The notes under the pieces were generated by a model, which was not told the DNA's origin, did not search any database, and worked only from the letters and a program-made list of their open reading frames with translations. A DNA stretch of 64,000 nt, taken from Octopus sinensis. Lineage: Eukaryota. The stretch's first letter is position 1, and each line of letters begins with the position of its first letter. The position numbers and the translations under genes are program-made. Of the stretch, positions 1-13,207 are shown in pieces. The stretch is from positions 47,182,001-47,246,000 of the forward strand of contig NC_042997.1 in NCBI RefSeq assembly GCF_006345805.1, read 5' to 3'.

Positions 1-60
1 TTGATCAATTTTATATATATACTTATTTAATATATATACATATTCATATATATACTGATT

Positions 61-372
61 TAATCGACCCCGAAAGGATGAAAGCAAATTCGACCTCCGG
101 GGGGAATTTGAACTCAGAACGTAACGGCAGACGAAATACCTATTTCTTTATTACCCACAAGGGGCTAAATACAGAGGGGACAAACAAGGACAGACATAGG
201 TATTAAGTCGATTACATCGACCCCAGTGCGTAACTGGTACTTAATTTATCGACCCCGAAAGGATGAAAGGCAAAGTCGACCTCGGCGGAATTTGAACTCA
301 CAACGTAACGCAGACGAAATACCGCTCGGCATTTCGCCCGGCGTGCTAACAGTTCTGCCAGCTCACCGCCTT
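61..372 (-). mobile_element. tRNA-derived SINE family A: full copy (372-141) followed directly by an internal restart of the same family (140-61)
   Basis: Minus strand reads GGCGGTGAGCTGGCAGA head, GAGTTCAAATTCC B-box, then GCCTTTCATCCTTTCGGGGTCGATAAATTAAGTACCAG core. It is near-identical to 48241-48472 and 7045-7492. The core resembles Nin/Deu-type SINE domains (recalled). Confidence 0.85.
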
Positions 373-374
373 CA

Positions 375-375
<1 letters not shown>

Positions 376-406
<31 letters not shown>

Positions 407-414
407 CATCCATA

Positions 415-506
<92 letters not shown>

Positions 507-511
507 CATCC

Positions 512-570
<59 letters not shown>

Positions 571-590
571 CATCCATCTATCTATCTATT

Positions 591-623
<33 letters not shown>

Positions 624-646
624 ACTATCTATCTATCTATCTATCT

Positions 647-682
<36 letters not shown>
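376..682. repeat. (TATC)n tract followed by (TC)n/(TG)n
   Basis: Seen directly; explains ORF 226..624. Confidence 0.97.
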
Positions 683-917
683 GCTAATGATTGTACAGAA
701 TCACAGAGCCATTGCATAGTTAAGCGAAAACGACTCCTCATTTTTAAGCTTAATCATTAGTATATCTAGGTGATGGTGTATAATTTAATGCTATCTATTT
801 ACATTGTTGAATGATGCCGGGACCGATTTATCATTTGTCCCCTTCTGGAAGTGATTAAAATTCATAATTATAGTGATGGGTGAATAAAATATAATTCAAT
901 ATCATCCAAATTCAGGC

Positions 918-1390
918 AGTAAGCTGGCAGAATCGTAAGTACGCCAGGCAAAATGCGTAGCGGTATTTCGAGTTCAAATTCTGCGCAGGTTGAATTTACC
1001 TTTCATCATTGCATGATCAATAAAATAAGTAACAGTTGTGACTGGGGGGTCGATTTAATCGACTTACACACATCCCCAAAGTTACCGGCTTTGAGCCAAA
1101 ATTTGAAACCAATACGATCTAAATGCTTTGAAAAAGAAAATGACTGAAGTGTCATTCATCCTTCTGTAAAAAAAAAAAATTCAATGCAACGCTTCCAGCT
1201 TGATAATTTAAAGCAGCAAACTGGCAGAAACACTATCACGGGGGTCAAACTACTTAGCGGCATTTCGTCCGACTTTACGTTCTGAGTTCAAATTCTGTCA
1301 AGGTTGACTTTGCCTTTCAACATTTCGCGGTCGGTTGAACAGTGGGGTTGATGTAATCGATTTGATTCCTTCCCCGAAAACACTGGCCTT
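918..1390 (+). mobile_element. Two degenerate family A SINE copies (about 918-1130 and 1210-1390)
   Basis: GGCAGTAAGCTGGCAGAATCGT / CTGGCAGAAAC heads, GAGTTCAAATTCT B-boxes, and GACTTTGCCTTTCA-like cores. Confidence 0.65.
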
Positions 1391-2149
1391 GTGCAAAAAT
1401 TTGAAATCAGTATAGGGGTACAATTTTGAGTTGATATAAGTTTCTATTTCCTCGATGTGTATTATTTCATCAGTATGCACACGTTACTACTTTAATAAAA
1501 CGCTTAAGTTTTGAAACAGCTCTAAAGTATTATTAAATGCTATAGTTATCTTCGTCAAATATATTTACATTTATATTTATAGTCACGCTTACATAACAAC
1601 AGTTACAAAACATAAAACTATGACCGCCCGAAATAATAATAACATCTGTATTTTAGGGAAATATGCATATTCCTCCTAAAAGTAGAAGAAAAATTCGAAT
1701 TGTTGAACGCATTGGTTTGGTTAATTTGAGTCAGGGGTCCTCAACAATGAGCTATGGACGCATTTGATTGATATTTTGTTCTGATGGATCCGAAATAATA
1801 TTGCCAATGGACAATAAGATCAGTATTGCAAGGAAACGAACGTATTCCTCATAAAAGTAGACGAAAAAGACGGATTGTTCAACTGCACTGGTTTGTTTAA
1901 TTTAAGCCAGGGGTCCTCAACCATTCAATTTGAGGTTGCATGCAGGTTTAAGAGAGTTGTTTAAAAGCTAACGAGAAATATATTAAACTTCTTTTGACCG
2001 ATGGAATGTGAAGCTGTGAAACTGGATTAAAAAAGCTTTGTACTGGTACACACAAGCACAGACATATAAACATACACGAGCACACACACATACATATAAA
2101 CATACACGAGCACATACACACATACATATAAACATATACAAGCACACAC

Positions 2150-2760
2150 ACATGTATTGAAAGTCAACTTGTCACCGATTACCGCCAATTCTTGGAATAT
2201 AGCCACATGCTTTACGGAAAATGTACTCTTTGTTTATCTGCTCACTTACAACCCACACTGCAGGCTGGGCATTTCATCGTATGCGACGCCCACTGCTTAT
2301 TTGGGTGATAAAATTTTGAGATGCCATTATAACACATCCTCAGAACAACTTACTTTACAATCCATATCTCATGGAAATACAGTTGTATTTTATCTTTTTA
2401 ACTTCAAGTATAACATGACAGTGCCCAGGACTTAGCAATTTCGTTTTTATAAGGCATATGCAAACATGGTACTCGCATTGTAGGGACTGACTAGAAGCCT
2501 TTTTGTCACCAGCTTCATATATCTTACAGAAGTTTTCGATTGAGTATCAGCTATACTCCTTGTATCGAAGAGTTTGACATTCCTGGCAGTGGCATTCAAA
2601 AGTCTACGCCGATGCATTTTAGTTGTCTAACGTTCAGATGTTTTGTTGTCAATTCTGGTTTTCTTTAACGCAAACTTCAGGCAGTTTTTATACTTCTTTC
2701 TTCGTGTGTATTACTGGCGATTTCCACCATTTTTAATACTATACAATACCTGTTTTAGCA
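2150..2760 (-). pseudogene. Possible heavily decayed Tc1-like transposase remnant
   Basis: Minus strand 2345-2320 gives F*GCV then, after a frameshift, YNG, resembling the Tc1 VMxWGCxxYNG motif. Upstream LVTKRLLVSPYNASTMFAYA resembles the basic linker. Many stops. Confidence 0.35.
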
Positions 2761-3099
2761 ATCAAAACTCTTCCAAGTGTACTGTTATGATTAGACAAAT
2801 TAAGCTGCGGTTTTAATGACAAAGTTTGAACACGTGACAAATCGGTGTACTGTATCACTTCTGTATCTTGAGCAAACGATCTCTAGTAGATTCTCAAAAT
2901 GCGATGCACACACTACGAATAGAAACATTCCGTGTGTTAAAGATGCCTAGCAATGTAGAAGTAGATACACGCGCTACATTTCAATAGTGTTCTGATTTTG
3001 ATATTTGATTGTCACAAAACAAAATAATATCTATATAGATAACATATTAAATTATTTAGCCAACGCATAAGTCAGGGTCAGAAAATTATTAAGAAGTAT

Positions 3100-3490
3100 T
3101 GAGAGATAAGCGATGTGACTATAATTCTGCAATATGTCTGTAATTCTCTAATATATCGATCCCCATATATAACGCATCAGATACTGAGCAAGGTCAAAGA
3201 AGCAAAGATTTTGTTGCCCTCAAACCGACCATATTCTTTAGAAGTATATTGTGTTTGAAGATGTCGCTTGGAGAATATTCGGAAAACCGACAGCTTTATT
3301 TTTTCCAGTGTTAATATCACCAGGCTAAGAGAGATGACATTTTGAAACTTTCTTCAGAAAGGTACAACTACTGAGGGTTAGATTCAGTTTTCAGATCCAG
3401 CGTCAGTGAATACGATTTTCCAGTTCATGACCACCACAAAGAGATGTGAACAAAAAGATGTTAACAACCATGTTCTGATTTCTATATATT
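3100..3490 (-). pseudogene. Possible decayed non-LTR reverse transcriptase fragment
   Basis: Minus strand 3449-3414 translates SHLFVVVMNWKI, preceded by an RHGC-like segment, resembling the RQGC..SP.LF..VMDW motif of LINE RTs. Confidence 0.35.
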
Positions 3491-4168
3491 TTATTTCCGT
3501 TTTCATTTTCTCTCCTTATGATATGTTACAGGTACAGTATACCATACTGATTTTTTCATGGTTTATCAGCTTAGCACTGAGACAAAAATAGATTGAACAA
3601 CTGAATAATTAAATTCATGACACTGTATTTTCCATATTTATAAAAAAAAAAGGCAGGTACATTGTTGGTATGTATATGTTGAACAAAACTTGCCTTAAAC
3701 AGGATTCGCATAATCCTATCAGGTGGTGCTATTAAGTTAGATATGGCCTGGACCAATCTTTGGTCGAAACATATCTATGTTTATCTAAGTTATATCCGTT
3801 TATAATTACGAAGTTATAATAATAATAATAATAATAATTAGCTGGACCCGTGAAAATTTCACGGAAAATATAAAAAAAGTAAGCATCTGTAAATTGTATG
3901 CAGGTGCCATGAGAAATGTTTCTATATTATGATAGTTAAAGGCAGCAAGCAGGCAGAATCGTTAGCACGCCATTCGAAAGAGTGACGCTTTATTTTTTGT
4001 GACCAAGTTATTCAATTGGATTTATTTAACTGTTGAACATCTCCCGTAAGGGTGAACCTATTGTTGAGCGTTGAATTTTTGAATTATTTGCTACTGTTTT
4101 TTTTTTTGCAAGTGTATTATATTGTTTTACCTCCCCATTTATGGGTGAAGTAGGAGAAATAATGGAGA

Positions 4169-4914
4169 GTGCGGCAGTTTAACAGTGGATGTGTTGCAAG
4201 CGCGAAAAAAAGTTTAATGAACCAGAAGAGATTGAAAGAATTCAACAAAATCTTGGAAAAGGATGGTACCAGCCCAAAGTTAACACTACCAGAAAGATTT
4301 ACAGCAAATATAATGAAGCGGACTGTGGTATATAGAACATTGTCCCTGCAGTCGCGAAATAGCCTCAGTGGAGGTCATAGAAGAATGCCTAAAAGAGGTG
4401 AAGAACCTCACAATATTTTATACAAGCGGCAGGAAGTACGGCATAGTGGAGGTGAGATTCGCAAATGAGCAAGAAGCGATGAACCATTCCACTGTGACGC
4501 TGAGAACACCAGTGGGTACTTCTGCCGACGTACTGTGGCAAACATGTGGCCAGAGTAAGGATCGGCAGTGTTCCCCCTAAGAATGAAGAAGAGTGGCTGG
4601 TGGCAGCCATCCTTTTCAACATGGAAGAAGAAGTAAAAGTATTAAAGGTGGTGAAAACGAGAGAGGTGAACTGGGGGTTATGGACTGAGGTGTCGATCCA
4701 GGTCAGTTTGCCGGACCTTCAAAACAAAGTAGAAGAGGTGAAACTGCCAGAAGATGAGATTTTGAGAGTAGTGGTGGAGGGAAGACCTACAACCTGCTAC
4801 CAGTGTGGAGTACAGGGACACATGAAGGCAAAGTACCCACAGAATCACGATGAGGATGTTTACGGTAAAAAAATAACCAACAATTTAAAGAATACAAGGA
4901 TTCACAATAAGTGA
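4169..4914 (+). mobile_element. L1/Tx1-type LINE ORF1 (gag-like, RRM plus zinc knuckle) remnant with two frameshifts
   Basis: ORFs 4169, 4368 and 4546 overlap in three frames. They give an RRM-like YGIVEVRFANEQEA and end in VVVEGRPTTCYQCGVQGHMKAKYP, a CX2CX4HX4C knuckle with the last C replaced by Y. Confidence 0.7.
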
Positions 4915-4944
4915 CACACACATACACATGCTTGTCTCCGTTCC

Positions 4945-5517
4945 GCCTTGCAGCCAAATAGCGGTGCATGGCTCAATTCGGTGCCCTCCTCATCTACCAG
5001 TATCTTTTTATCGCAGTGTCCCAATGCTTTGGGCTCCACATGTGCGTGCCTCACAAATGCCACACTAAGAAATGCAGTAAGTGAATTCGGACTGCATCCT
5101 TTAATCTGCTGGTTTAGCGCTTCCGATTCCCTCGACACGCCGCTCTAAGTGACATAATCAGAATGGGCCTTGATGCGGTTGACCTTCCATTACAACTTGA
5201 GCCAGCAAGTCTAGGATGCGGGGATGGTAAGCGCGTCGATGGGAAAACCCTTTTCCAAATCGAGGTAGGCAGATCTCCTGTCTGGGACGCGAGTGTCATT
5301 GGCCATTCACCGACGCAACGCAATTGCTGTCATAATCGCGGGGCGTGCCAGAGCACCCTCACTTGTTCTGGAATATGTTATCCATCGGCACATCCCTTCT
5401 GTCTTGCTCAGCTTAACATACCCCTCATATCATTTTCTTCTTCACTTCCTCTCCTTTTCTTATCTCTTCTTTCATGTCCATTTGTATTGGAATGTTATAG
5501 TAAAATAAAAATATAAT
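4945..5517 (+). mobile_element. 3' fragment of a CRE-type non-LTR retrotransposon (zinc finger plus restriction-like endonuclease), frameshifted and internally deleted
   Basis: Motifs occur in order across frames: SGAWLNSVPSS, GLHPLICWFSA, RHAALSDII, LEPASLGCGDGKRVDG..VWDAS, SLAIHRRNAIAV. These match the GLHxLSC..RH..LND..LEP..DGKRPDG..WD..LSIAIQRGNA pattern. An A-rich end lies near 5517. Confidence 0.78.
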
Positions 5518-5550
5518 ACGCTAAATGGAAGCAATATCCTATATACATGT

Positions 5551-5975
5551 AGGCGCTGGGGTGACTGTGTGGTGAGAAGTTTGCTTCCCAACCAAATGCT
5601 CCCGGGTTCAGTTCCACAACGTTCCACCTTGGGCAAGTGTCTTCTACTATAGCCTTGAGCTGACCAGAGCCTTGTGAATGGATCAGTTAGACGGAAACTG
5701 AAAGAAGCCCAACGTATATATATGCATATATATGTATGTGCGTGTCTCCGTGCCAGTGTTTGTCACCCCCACCCCACCATCACTGCTTGACACTCAGTGA
5801 TGGTGTGTTTGCGTTCCTGTAACTTATCAGTTAGGCAAAACAGACCGATAGAATAAGTGCCAATCTTGAAAATAAATACTGGTGTCGATTATATCGACTA
5901 TAGTTATACTACGGTCATGTTGGGGCATCACCTTGAGGCGGTGCCTCAACATGACCGCAGTCTAATGACTGTAAC
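5551..5975 (+). mobile_element. tRNA-derived SINE family B
   Basis: AGGCGC..GG.TGTGTGGT head, GGGTTCAGTTCC B-box, and CCTTGGGCAAGTGTCTTCTACTATAGCC core (CORE/V-like, recalled). Same family as 37643, 37955 and 40958. Confidence 0.8.
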
Positions 5976-6040
5976 GTGATAGAATAAAAGAATATATACA
6001 CGCATAAATACATATATACATGTGTGTATACACACACATG

Positions 6041-6075
<35 letters not shown>

Positions 6076-6922
6076 ACATAAACATATTTATATACATACA
6101 TGGATGGGTGGCTGGGTGGAGAAATATTAGTTTCTAGTGTATCTGGACTTTAATGTACCTAATATTTTACAAAGCTCTTCTAACACACAATGTGGTTTCC
6201 GTGTAGCAAGCAGGACTAATTAGACGTTCTAATGTCTTTCTCAATGAATTCTGTTCAGCAACCGTAATAATATCTTTCTCAGTAGAAAGTGAAATATCTT
6301 CAAGTGTAAGTAAATCATCTTCGATGGCTTCTTATATTTTTCCTAAGAGGTTGATTATTAATATATGATTATGCTAACAATAGGTATGCGCTTCAAGCAA
6401 TATCTGTCTGTTGTGATATATTTCACGAATATAGAATCATCTCCTTTGCTCCTAGTGTTAGCAGCTTTATTTGACAGAGTCATAAAGGCATTATTCATTA
6501 CTCATTTCTTGTACAACTTCAGTATATAATTATCCGCAATTAAGTGATTTTAGAATGGGTACGATTTTGTCCAAAATTTGTAGTTATGAAAATTGTTGAA
6601 AATATAACGGTCTTAGTGAACAACCAAAGATATCTGTCTGCAAGCAAATAAAAACCGAACACAGAAATATAATTTTATTTAAAGAAAGGAAATGTATTAA
6701 AGTTGATTCTGAACATCTGAAGCTTTATAACGTTACGTTTATATTATACCCAATCTGTGTTCATCTTCATCAACTATCCGTATATAGAATAATTAAGAGA
6801 GATTTAATCCTTTACTAGCAGAATGTAAATTTATGGTAAAAACTAAAACAAAATAAAACACTCTCCGTATGCTGCTGCTCACACACACACATACACACAT
6901 ACGCACACACAAACACACACAA

Positions 6923-6974
<52 letters not shown>

Positions 6975-7044
6975 TAAAGAGTATATTAGGGAGCATTCCA
7001 CACTTATGTGTACCCTTCACATAATTCCCATGGAAAATCAATAT

Positions 7045-7492
7045 CTTTTCTACTCTAGGCACAAGGCCCGACATTTTGGGGGAGGAGGCTAGTCGATTTG
7101 ATCGATCCCAGTACGAAACTAGTACTTAATTTATCGACCCCGAAAGGATGAAAGGCAAAGTCAACCGCGACGGAATTTGAACTCAGAACGTAGCGGCAGA
7201 CGGAATATCTATTTCTTTATTACCCACAAGGGGCTAAATATAGAGGGGACAAGCAAGGACAGACAAACGGATTAAGTCGATTACATCGACCCCAGTGCGT
7301 AACTGGTACTTAATTTATCGACCCCGAAAGGCAAAGTCGACCTCGGCGGAATTTGAACTCAGAACGTAACGGCAGATGAAATACCGCTAGGCATTTGGAC
7401 CGGCGTGTTAACGTTTCTGCCAGGTCAACGGCAGACGAAATACCGCAAAGCATTTCGCCCGGCGTGCTAACGTTTTTGATAGCTCACCACCT
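7045..7492 (-). mobile_element. Composite (dimeric) family A SINE with an 18-bp target-site duplication
   Basis: Duplicated head, full monomer, then a second partial monomer with a different tail. Flanked by CCCATGGAAAATCAATAT (7027-7044) and CCCATGGAGAATCAATAT (7493-7510). Confidence 0.85.
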
Positions 7493-7599
7493 CCCATGGA
7501 GAATCAATATGCCACTGTAAAACTACAGCTACTGTTCAATTAATTTCATTCGTTTCTGTACAGTCTCTTTCAAGACAATAACACTGAGAGTTTGTTGGT

Positions 7600-7944
7600 C
7601 ACTTTCAGAGTATAGAACATGACGCTTACCTAAGGTACTTGAGGACGAATCCGCAACTTGAATGCAGCATGAAATTATTTACTGTTCGGCCATATTGAAT
7701 GGCACGAGGAACATTCTAGTGAAGTTGAACATCTTATCTAGCTACCACAGTCCTCAAATACCAGAACTGGACACTGTTTTAGCTGAAGAATAGACAAAAA
7801 TTCTTTTGGAAGCAATTCAAACTTTGTACAAGTTCATACCTCATAGAGTTTAAGCAGTAATTACTGCCAAAGGCGGACCTACCCCATATTAAAATAAATA
7901 TATTCGATATTCTAAGGTGTTTCCATTATTTTGTCCAACCCTTG
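7600..7944 (+). mobile_element. 3' remnant of a Tc1-family transposon with right TIR
   Basis: AVITAKGGPTPY* C-terminus, then GGTGTTTCCATTATTTTGTCCAACCCTTG plus TA. Same family as 56200-56472. Confidence 0.8.
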
Positions 7945-8529
7945 TACATATATTTTCACTTGTGTAAGGTGAAACAAAATACGGCCTCTTTGTAAGAAAC
8001 ACTAAAATGTGTGTGTCTGCGAGCGAGTGTGTTTGTATTTCTTTATGCGAAGTGTTTGCGTGTATCTGTGTGTGTGCGTGTGTGTGTACGCACACAGACA
8101 CAAACACACAAACACGATGGCACACCCGAATCCACCTGCGCACATGTATGTATACCTGTACAGACTTCGTAAAATAAATGAAGTGACCCAACTTTCTTTC
8201 ATGCTTTCCAGAAAATTCTGCTCTCTGTGGTTTAATTTTATACAACCGCTTGCTACATTCTGGATTCCTTTCATCATCTGAGTTTGATTATATATTTCAA
8301 TATTCTCTCAATGAATTCCATTCTGCAGACTTTCTATTCCTCCACTGAATAGGAATTCATATATCATAGAGTGCATGTTTTCCATTTGAGTAGATTTCAT
8401 GAAACCTTCTTTGAAATGTTAACCGAAAAACATTATAACACTTTTTTCACGGATACTGTACATTGTTCTTAGTTTAAAACGAACTTTAAAACGAACTTTA
8501 AAAGCGTGTATCTAACGCAGAAAAGTTAT

Positions 8530-9310
8530 CAAACAATGACCTTTCTCTCTCTCCCTCACCTTTCTTCTTCTTCTTCTTCTTCTTCTCTTCTTCTTCTTCT
8601 TCTTCTTCTTCTTCTTCTTCTTCTTCTTCTTTTGCTATCTCTCTCTCTCTCTCTCTCTCTCACAGACTTTCTATGTGCCATGCCTAGAGACATCAGTTAC
8701 CGTGATACCCCGCATTAGCAAACTACTGGATTGGTTTCTTCGACCAGACACTTTAAAAACACCTGGTAAGACCGACCTTCATTTTTCTCTCTGTGTGTCA
8801 CCCAAGCCTTTCTTTCATTTTCCAATTGTCTTTAAAACTTCTTTTCTTCTTATTCGGTTTGCAATGAATTCTAGTTTCATGCTGTAGAAAATATTTCCCT
8901 TGGTTTTTAGCTAGACAAGGTTTTTCTGTTTGTCATTCGGTTGGAATTGGTTGTCATCAGTATTCTTTTAAAGAACCACTATTCTGCTACATTGATAGCA
9001 TCTACACTTCTTTGCTGATATTCAAGGTTACCCAAGAATATGTGAAGAATATCCTCAATGTATCTTTTTGTCATTCATATTGGTAGCCGTTTATTTGACA
9101 CTATACCTTTGAAATGTTCATGATTTTAAAAGGACTTAAATTTAGGTCTTTCTCAAATCATTGTAAATTATGTCCAACGATAAAAATCAGAACCAATTCT
9201 GTGTATGCTACTCTACAGTTAGCGCAAATTCTGGTCGGTATCCACTTTCGTCTTGTTTCGGTTTCCAGTCCTGCTGTAATTAATATTATATTTCTAACTT
9301 CCTGGATGCT
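8530..9310 (-). mobile_element. Decayed RTE-type LINE 3' end with (GA)n/(AAG)n tail
   Basis: Minus strand gives AINVAE*WFFKRIL..NRMTNRKTL and MKLEFIANRIRRK, like the RTE C-terminal AEMWFLRR..TNEEVL..LKF.GHI motifs. It ends in CTAGGCATGGCACATAG, followed by the microsatellite at 8530-8662. Confidence 0.6.
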
Positions 9311-11689
9311 TTAAAACAATAAATGCATGTGTATAAATACACACGTGCGCACGTACACACATATATATATTTATAATAATAAGTCCTTATTTTGTTTGAT
9401 TATTTATTTCAATTCGTTCATATGCTCACAGTCGTCTTGTTTTCGTTGTTATCTCTCGCCCGTTCACTGTCTCGTCTTGAATTACATTTATTCCATATTT
9501 GTATGTTAAACTTCTGTGTAGTTATTTATTTCTTGTCTGTTTGTACATTTTCTATCTTGGTTTTTCCCGGCATTGCCACCAGAAGAGGTCCAATATTATT
9601 GATAAGGCGCTAATTCGCGGTTGACCCCCTGAACCTCTCGCCGATAAATGATGACGATTTGTCGACCTTCTGTATCTATTTGAATATTATATAATTTTAT
9701 CAGTTATAGCTACGAAGTTTCAAAAATATTTTTTATACACTAACTGAACTCTATCTAGATATTAGATTCTTATAAATGTTCGACATTTACAAGTATGTGA
9801 AATATGCATATCTCTAAGAAATTAAAATGATATTATTCAGAATTTAGCACGAACTGCACTTTGATCTTTAAACTTTATGAAAACTTTTGATGTACCTGAA
9901 ATAATTATTTATAATTTTTGTTCCGTTAACTTTATTATGCCTTTAAACATAGCTGTACTAACTTCTTGTCATAGTTATTATAAATTTTATATATATCTTA
10001 ATATAACTATCTAAATAAATATTTAGATAAGTACGTTGATATCCAAATCTATTTTTTCTGACATATTTAATTATAGTGAAAGTGTTTTTAACGTCATAGC
10101 AGGAAATCGAAAATGTTAACATTAAATTTGTTGTAACATCAAATTAAATTTGTTTCAACTGTTTTATTATTTTTTTAAATGTTCCTAACAATTATTCCAC
10201 ATAGATTTAAACTCATCTTCTGCTGATTCTTTCTCATCCAACCTTCACAAATTTCCATTGTTTCTCACATTAAACTGCACCCACCTATAGCTGTGTCTCC
10301 GACATTGTTTCTACTATATAGAACGTGTTGTCTAACATATTTACTCAAATCATATTTTCTTATCATTGATTCATTCCTTGATTCACTTCTCGTCTTTTAA
10401 ATTACTTGAGTGCTTCAATTATAACTGTTTACACAAATGTAGTGCTTTAAGTGTAACAAAATTAGTGAAAATCTATATTGAAATTAAATACGAATAGCAA
10501 TTTAATACGGCACCATAGAGTAAGTAATATGCTTTCTTTCAGCTTACTCCTGGATTTGGGCTTTATATAACATGTTCTATATTATAGATAATTAGGGTTG
10601 CCATAGCCCGCTGGAGCTTAGTAGCAGAGACAATCCGTTGTCCGCTGACACTCGTTGACGCTACATAGAATAGGCCAGGGAACAGAAGAAAGAAGGAGAA
10701 AGAAGACATACACTCAACACCAGAGCTGAAGACACCTCCGAAAGCGGGGGGCGCCACATCAAAACGGTAGAGGAGTAGGGGCCGAAATCGAGCGTGGTTC
10801 CTCCTGATGATGTCTTGAGCTAACTGTATCCTATAAAGGAGCTGTTGTGGTAGCAGACCACAAAACATGGTTGAAATTCCTCCATTCTTGTAGTTTAGGC
10901 ATTAATTTTTAAGGTGATTTTATAAGTTTCCTAGACTTATTTGGAATATAGATCCTTAATTTGAATCTAATCGTATATGAAAATTCCACTAAGAACTATA
11001 AACGTAAAGAAGTTACTTCTGGACCTACGTTGTTCATTATTATTCCCTGATACTTATTTATATTGGCAAAGTAAGTCATTAGAATTTTTCAGCAAGAAAC
11101 TGCGATTGATGCTTGTATGTGAGTGGTAAATGCAAGCAGCATGAGTGGAGGATAACTTAAAAGCGTGTACGATAATATCAACAAAACGTTCTTGTAGAGT
11201 TTGTAAAATTACTACTTACAGTGGAAACTCTCAGAGCATTAACATTGTTAAGTGTAACTGAACTCACCTCTGCAAGCTAACGAAGTCTATGACAATACTA
11301 CGAATTATTACCGATTGTTCTGCTTATATATGATATATATTGTGAAGCTTATGAAAAGAGACAATTTGATCATTAATATCATTTATCATATGTAAAGAAG
11401 AGCTCGGGAAAGATTTAAGAGATGACAAGTAAGAAGTATGTACTTCGATGAGTTTTGTAAGGGAATGTTGTAACATCATATTTTGCTGGCATTACTTCTC
11501 TTTGCATGTTTGGTTTCAAACTTCTAAACATTGAAGAAGAAGTATAAACCGATTAGAGTATTAAGTATCATAACACACATTGGTTTTGTCTCAACATCGT
11601 GAGAGAGATGATTCAGCATGATGATCATGTTATGTTATCACCAAGATATATTTCACGAATAATCTTCATTCCGTAGAGAAAAGTTACTA

Positions 11690-11739
11690 TGGACACAAAC
11701 AAACGCACATACAAAAGCGCGCGCACAGACACGCACACA

Positions 11740-11779
<40 letters not shown>

Positions 11780-12360
11780 CATATATGCCCGCGCATGCGT
11801 ATGTGTATGGGACAATGCGATGTCAGATAGTATTACTAAATCTGGAAGCATGGAAAGAGAGGCGGGTAGAAACGAAAATGATTGAAGAAGAGAGAGGAAG
11901 CGGTGAGTGAGAGATTGTAGATGAAGAGAAGTGTGTGAATGAGAAGAAAAGAAACGGGGAAGAGAAAAAACGGAGAGGTGTAGGAGGAATATGGGAATAT
12001 ATAAGAAATGAATGAAAAACAATAAAATAAATTGAACAAAGGGAGAGAAAGAAAGAGTGAAGTAAAGAGAGAGACAGACACACTGAGAGAAAGACAGACA
12101 GAAACACAGAAAGAAAGACAATAAGAAAGAAAATCAAAAGGAAGAGAGAAAGGAGACGAGTAGTGAATGACAGCGAGAAAGAATTGGAAGGACACTGAAA
12201 TACCAAGAGACAGATGATCTGTATGAATGAGTGACATACGGACAGAAATACTAATAAACATATATACGATAGGGAACTAAAGGTAATAAAAAATTAGACG
12301 ATTACGAAATAGAACGAAGACAGCTCATGCAAGATTAGAGATTAGAAAGAGACAAAAGGA
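11690..12360. repeat. (CA)n plus purine-rich GA/GAA low-complexity tract
   Basis: Seen directly; source of the S/F/L-rich minus-strand ORFs. Confidence 0.85.
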
Positions 12361-12489
12361 ATAATTCATTCGTTATTGTAAAGCCATTTATTCAGAATTT
12401 GGTAAAAATTAATCCAGTACAGATTATCCTTACCATCGCTAATCTTCGATGGCACCAAAATGCTTTTCCTCGGAGAACAAATAGAATTA

Positions 12490-12577
12490 GTTCAAAGAAA
12501 AGATATGATATAAGTATGTATGTCTTTAGATATATGCCTATATATGTGCATACGTATATGCATGTGTATATATACAA

Positions 12578-12610
<33 letters not shown>

Positions 12611-12849
12611 CATACATATATATATATGCATATGTATATACATATATATATGTATATGTATGTATACATACATAGATATACATACAAATATATGAATATA
12701 TATGCGAATATATATATATATATATATACATATATACAGGTAAATATTTTGTATATAAGTATGTATCTGCAAACATATTTAAGTGCATACACATATATGC
12801 ACATATTGTATATGTATATATATGATAAATGTATATGCATATATATATA

Positions 12850-12930
<81 letters not shown>

Positions 12931-13129
12931 CATATATATGTATATATATATATATAAACATAACTATGCTTTATTGTGTTGACTATAAAGAAATATCTAT
13001 TTGGGGTTTACGGTAAGTAAACAAATACAAATTACCAAAGAAATGATTAGTCGTAGTAGTAGTAGTAGTAATCATAATCATAATAACAGTAATAATAATC
13101 ATAATAACAGTAACAATAATAATAATAGT

Positions 13130-13206
<77 letters not shown>
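12490..13206. repeat. Compound (TA)n/(TATG)n then (AAT)n microsatellite block
   Basis: Seen directly. Confidence 0.95.

Positions 13207-13207
<1 letters not shown>

Noticed and set aside
9552-9675. Minus-strand phase 2 frame YRRSTNRHH..LFWWQCREKPR* as an exon
   Set aside because: The acceptor lacks a pyrimidine tract. The plus strand (CAGAAGA GGTCCAAT-att-ATTG in pyrimidine-rich sequence) looks like a decayed PLE terminal repeat, which would explain the open frame.
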